DNA of 63,995 bases, counting the filler, from Basidiobolus ranarum (lineage: Eukaryota), in NCBI GenBank assembly GCA_040143965.1. It is 9 parts of 9 records of this genome, joined end to end, with 100 filler letters (N's around TTAATTAATTAA, not from the genome) between each part and the next. Parts side by side here need not be neighbours in the genome. Positions count along the whole stretch, not along the records: positions 57,741 to 63,995 come from JASJQH010001363.1; 8 more parts are not named here. One strand, written 5' to 3'. The notes under the pieces are model-generated. The model saw nothing but the letters and a program-made list of their open reading frames with translations, was not told the DNA's origin and did no database searches. Each line of letters begins with the position of its first letter. Position 1 is the stretch's first letter. Made by a program: the position numbers and the translations under genes. Below are positions 61,432 to 63,995 of the stretch, one piece after another.

Positions 61432-62569
61432 TGGTATAGAAAGTATTAAGAGAGCCTCAATCACTGGACTCTGTTAAATCGTATTATTTAATCTCTCCTT
61501 GGAGAAAGATCATCTTGTAGCATGCTTAGTTAGGAATATTGACTGTTACTTTCCAACTATGGTAATTCACACGATATACTGCGATCAGTATCGCTTACAA
61601 GTATTTCCTACTCGCAGTCCAGTGCCATTGGCATCCTCAAGTGTGACAAAGATATCTTATGATAGTACAATATGCTGATAGTTAGCGTTATCATCTAGAT
61701 ATCGATGAAGCTTAAAGACATGATGGAATTGACCAACAAGTAGAGAAACAAGTGACAAATAGCACTGCCTTTCGTCTTGTGTCGTCCATGTGGCAGATGG
61801 GGAATGAGTCTTTTGCGGGTTTTTCAATTGTTTGTTCCTTCAATTTCCACATCTCTAAACCCGTGAATGTAATCGTAATCAAGAATAGTATATAAATGTA
61901 CAAAGTGGAGAAAGGCACTCTCTTTTTAAAATGCGTTCTGCGTAGGTAGTAGATGGGTGTATGCGTTGAAGTTTATTATTATTATTGGGTTCTATATTCC
62001 TACCTGTACCTAATTATTTCGTATCAAAGTTACACAACTTATTAGTGAGAATACTACTCAATTCAAAATCGCAACATACACCTGGTATATAGGGGAATGG
62101 TTCAAGTATCAGACCAATTAAACTTGAAATTATAGTCATTCAAATGAACCTCAAGATATCTTATCCACTTACTCAGATGTTCTAAACACAAGCATATCAT
62201 TTTTTCTCTGAACCTTCATTACTTTAGTTCTCATCTATGAATGAACATCTCTCAAACCCACCATTACTCAACTTCCGAAAAGCTAGTCCACAAAGTCTAA
62301 TTCCCCAGAGTAGAATAGCCGTTTTGCATAGGGGATTATTTCCTAGTCTATATATGCAAACTATACCATAAATATTTATTTATACTTCATCACTGGATAG
62401 GTCACCATATTTGTATATATAGCTCAGGTGATTACTTCCAGATAACTGTTTTTACTTAATCTTTGTGTAGTAACTCTGTAGCTGCTTTATAGCACCAGCC
62501 ATCCTGATCTTTGCTTCATCAATGATGTTAGTGTTAAAGTATTTGGGATTATGTGCAAATATATACTAG

Positions 62570-63950
62570 TGTATATAGTGTTAAAGTATCTTGGAAGCCT
62601 GTTGGAAGTGGTTTGGAGAATTAGAGAAATTGGTGGTTTTCACTTATTGATTTATTGAGTAGAAAGTTGACATTTATAGTTTTTTCAAGATGTAAACAAA
62701 CTAACGTGTAGAATATGTTAAGGAAGGTCCCAGGAACATGTGTGCAAAGTTTGGGGCTTCTAGCACAGGTTTGAAAAATCTATATATCTGAGAACTTCTA
62801 AGTTGGTGTCAATATTCTAAGTAAATTCCGATTGAGAATAATTGATAATATCTTAGTGAATTATAAGATAACTAAGTACTAAGCTATATATGACTATATA
62901 GGTGTTTAGGCAATGCTAATTTCAACACTAAGTTGGTGTCAATATTCTAAATATATTCCAATTGAGAGTAATGGGTAATATCTTAGTGAAATATAAGATA
63001 ACTAAGTACTAAGCCATATATGACTATATAGGTGTTTTAGGCAATGCTAATTTCAACATATGGTTGAGTAAACAAATAAACATGCAGAATGTGGTAAGGA
63101 AGGTCCCAGGCAAATGTGAGCCAAGTTTGGGGCCTCTACAAGCTCTCAAAATCTTCTGAGTAAATTTCTCTTGAGAATAGTGGGAGATATCTTGGTGAAA
63201 TATGGAATAATTAAATACTAAGCTATATTTGACTATATAGGCATTTAGGCAATGCTAATTCAAACATATACACCTACACCATCTGAGTACCTCATACCTT
63301 TAAACTTTATTAAATTGCTCTTTCCTAGTGGTTTCATTAATTTTGATTTGAGGTCAATAATTGTTCCCTATGTTGCTTCTTTATTCAAGTTGCTGGTGAT
63401 AGAATTCTCCATAATTTGAATATTTACAATATGCATGAAAATTCTCAAGTAAGATAGTTTATATGACTATGTAGTTGAGGGAGAGTTTGAAGTTAACATA
63501 GCCTAAGCATCTATATAGTCATATAAAGCTTAGTAATTAGTTATTCCATATTGAACTGAGTATTTGTATGCTGAGCGTATGGATAGTTATTATACCTGTT
63601 AAAGTATTTTGGGAGCCTGTTGGAAGTGGTTTGGAGAATTATAGAAATTGGTGGTTTTCACGTGTTGATTTATTGAGCATTCAGTTGACATTTATAGTTT
63701 TGTCAAGATGTAAACAAGCTAACATGTAGAATGTGTTAAAGGAGGTCCTAGAAACATGTGTGCAAAGTTTGAGGCTTCTAGCACAAGTTTCAAAAATCTA
63801 TATATCTGAGTTTTTTTTTTCTAAGTTGGTAAAAAATATTACAAATAAATTCCGATTGACAACAATAGGTGATATCTTGGTTCAATATAGGATAACTAAA
63901 TACTAAGCTTTATATGACTATATAGGTGTTTAGGCAATGCTAATTTCTCC
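62570..63950. repeat. Cluster of ~350-bp repeat units (same family as 29635-30295): direct copies at ~62575-62930 and ~63597-63948, partial copies at 62930-63270, inverted fragment at 63491-63556
   Basis: Shared GCCTGTTGGAAGTGGTTTGGAGAATT, AAAATCTATATATCTGAG and TATATGACTATATAGGTGTTTAGGCAATGCTAATTTC. Confidence 0.9.
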
Positions 63951-63995
63951 AAAAAGGTTAATGGGAGTAGTAATGCTTCTGTAAATCAAGATACT

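Overview
This window is not one locus. It is nine short fungal contigs of about 7.1 kb, joined by identical artificial 100-bp linkers (N44-TTAATTAATTAA-N44). The seven complete contigs decrease in length (7127, 7121, 7120, 7116, 7113, 7111, 7100 bp), so adjacency across linkers carries no biological meaning. Short GT-AG introns, a class IV chitin synthase, a Zn2Cys6 factor and a Pho85-type cyclin indicate a fungus, probably an early-diverging one (Zoopagomycota/Mucoromycota, e.g. Basidiobolus-like; inference). Ordinary genes include a delta-12-type desaturase, a fasciclin protein, a DEAD-box helicase, PP2A B56, a C2H2 factor, a sugar transporter, HSP20, a PI-PLC-like enzyme, a GT13-like glycosyltransferase, a 7TM protein, chitin synthase and a pre-SET protein. 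Mobile DNA includes a near-intact two-ORF LINE apparently inserted into a Gypsy gag, a Copia 5' end with a Ty5/copia-type PBS, a CpG-depleted TE graveyard (Gypsy, Penelope-like, possibly CACTA) and a foldback repeat family on two contigs. The most notable items are: an intronless bacterial-type nucleoside/guanine deaminase facing a decayed bacterial-type Zn-oxidoreductase, next to an orphan Trp/Arg-His-Gly-Gly repeat protein; a giant secreted Cys-rich protein with His/Ser 40-aa repeats; a tail-to-tail inverted duplicate of the C2H2 gene end; and an F-box/SUKH-like fusion. All homology calls come from motif recognition by eye, not database searches.
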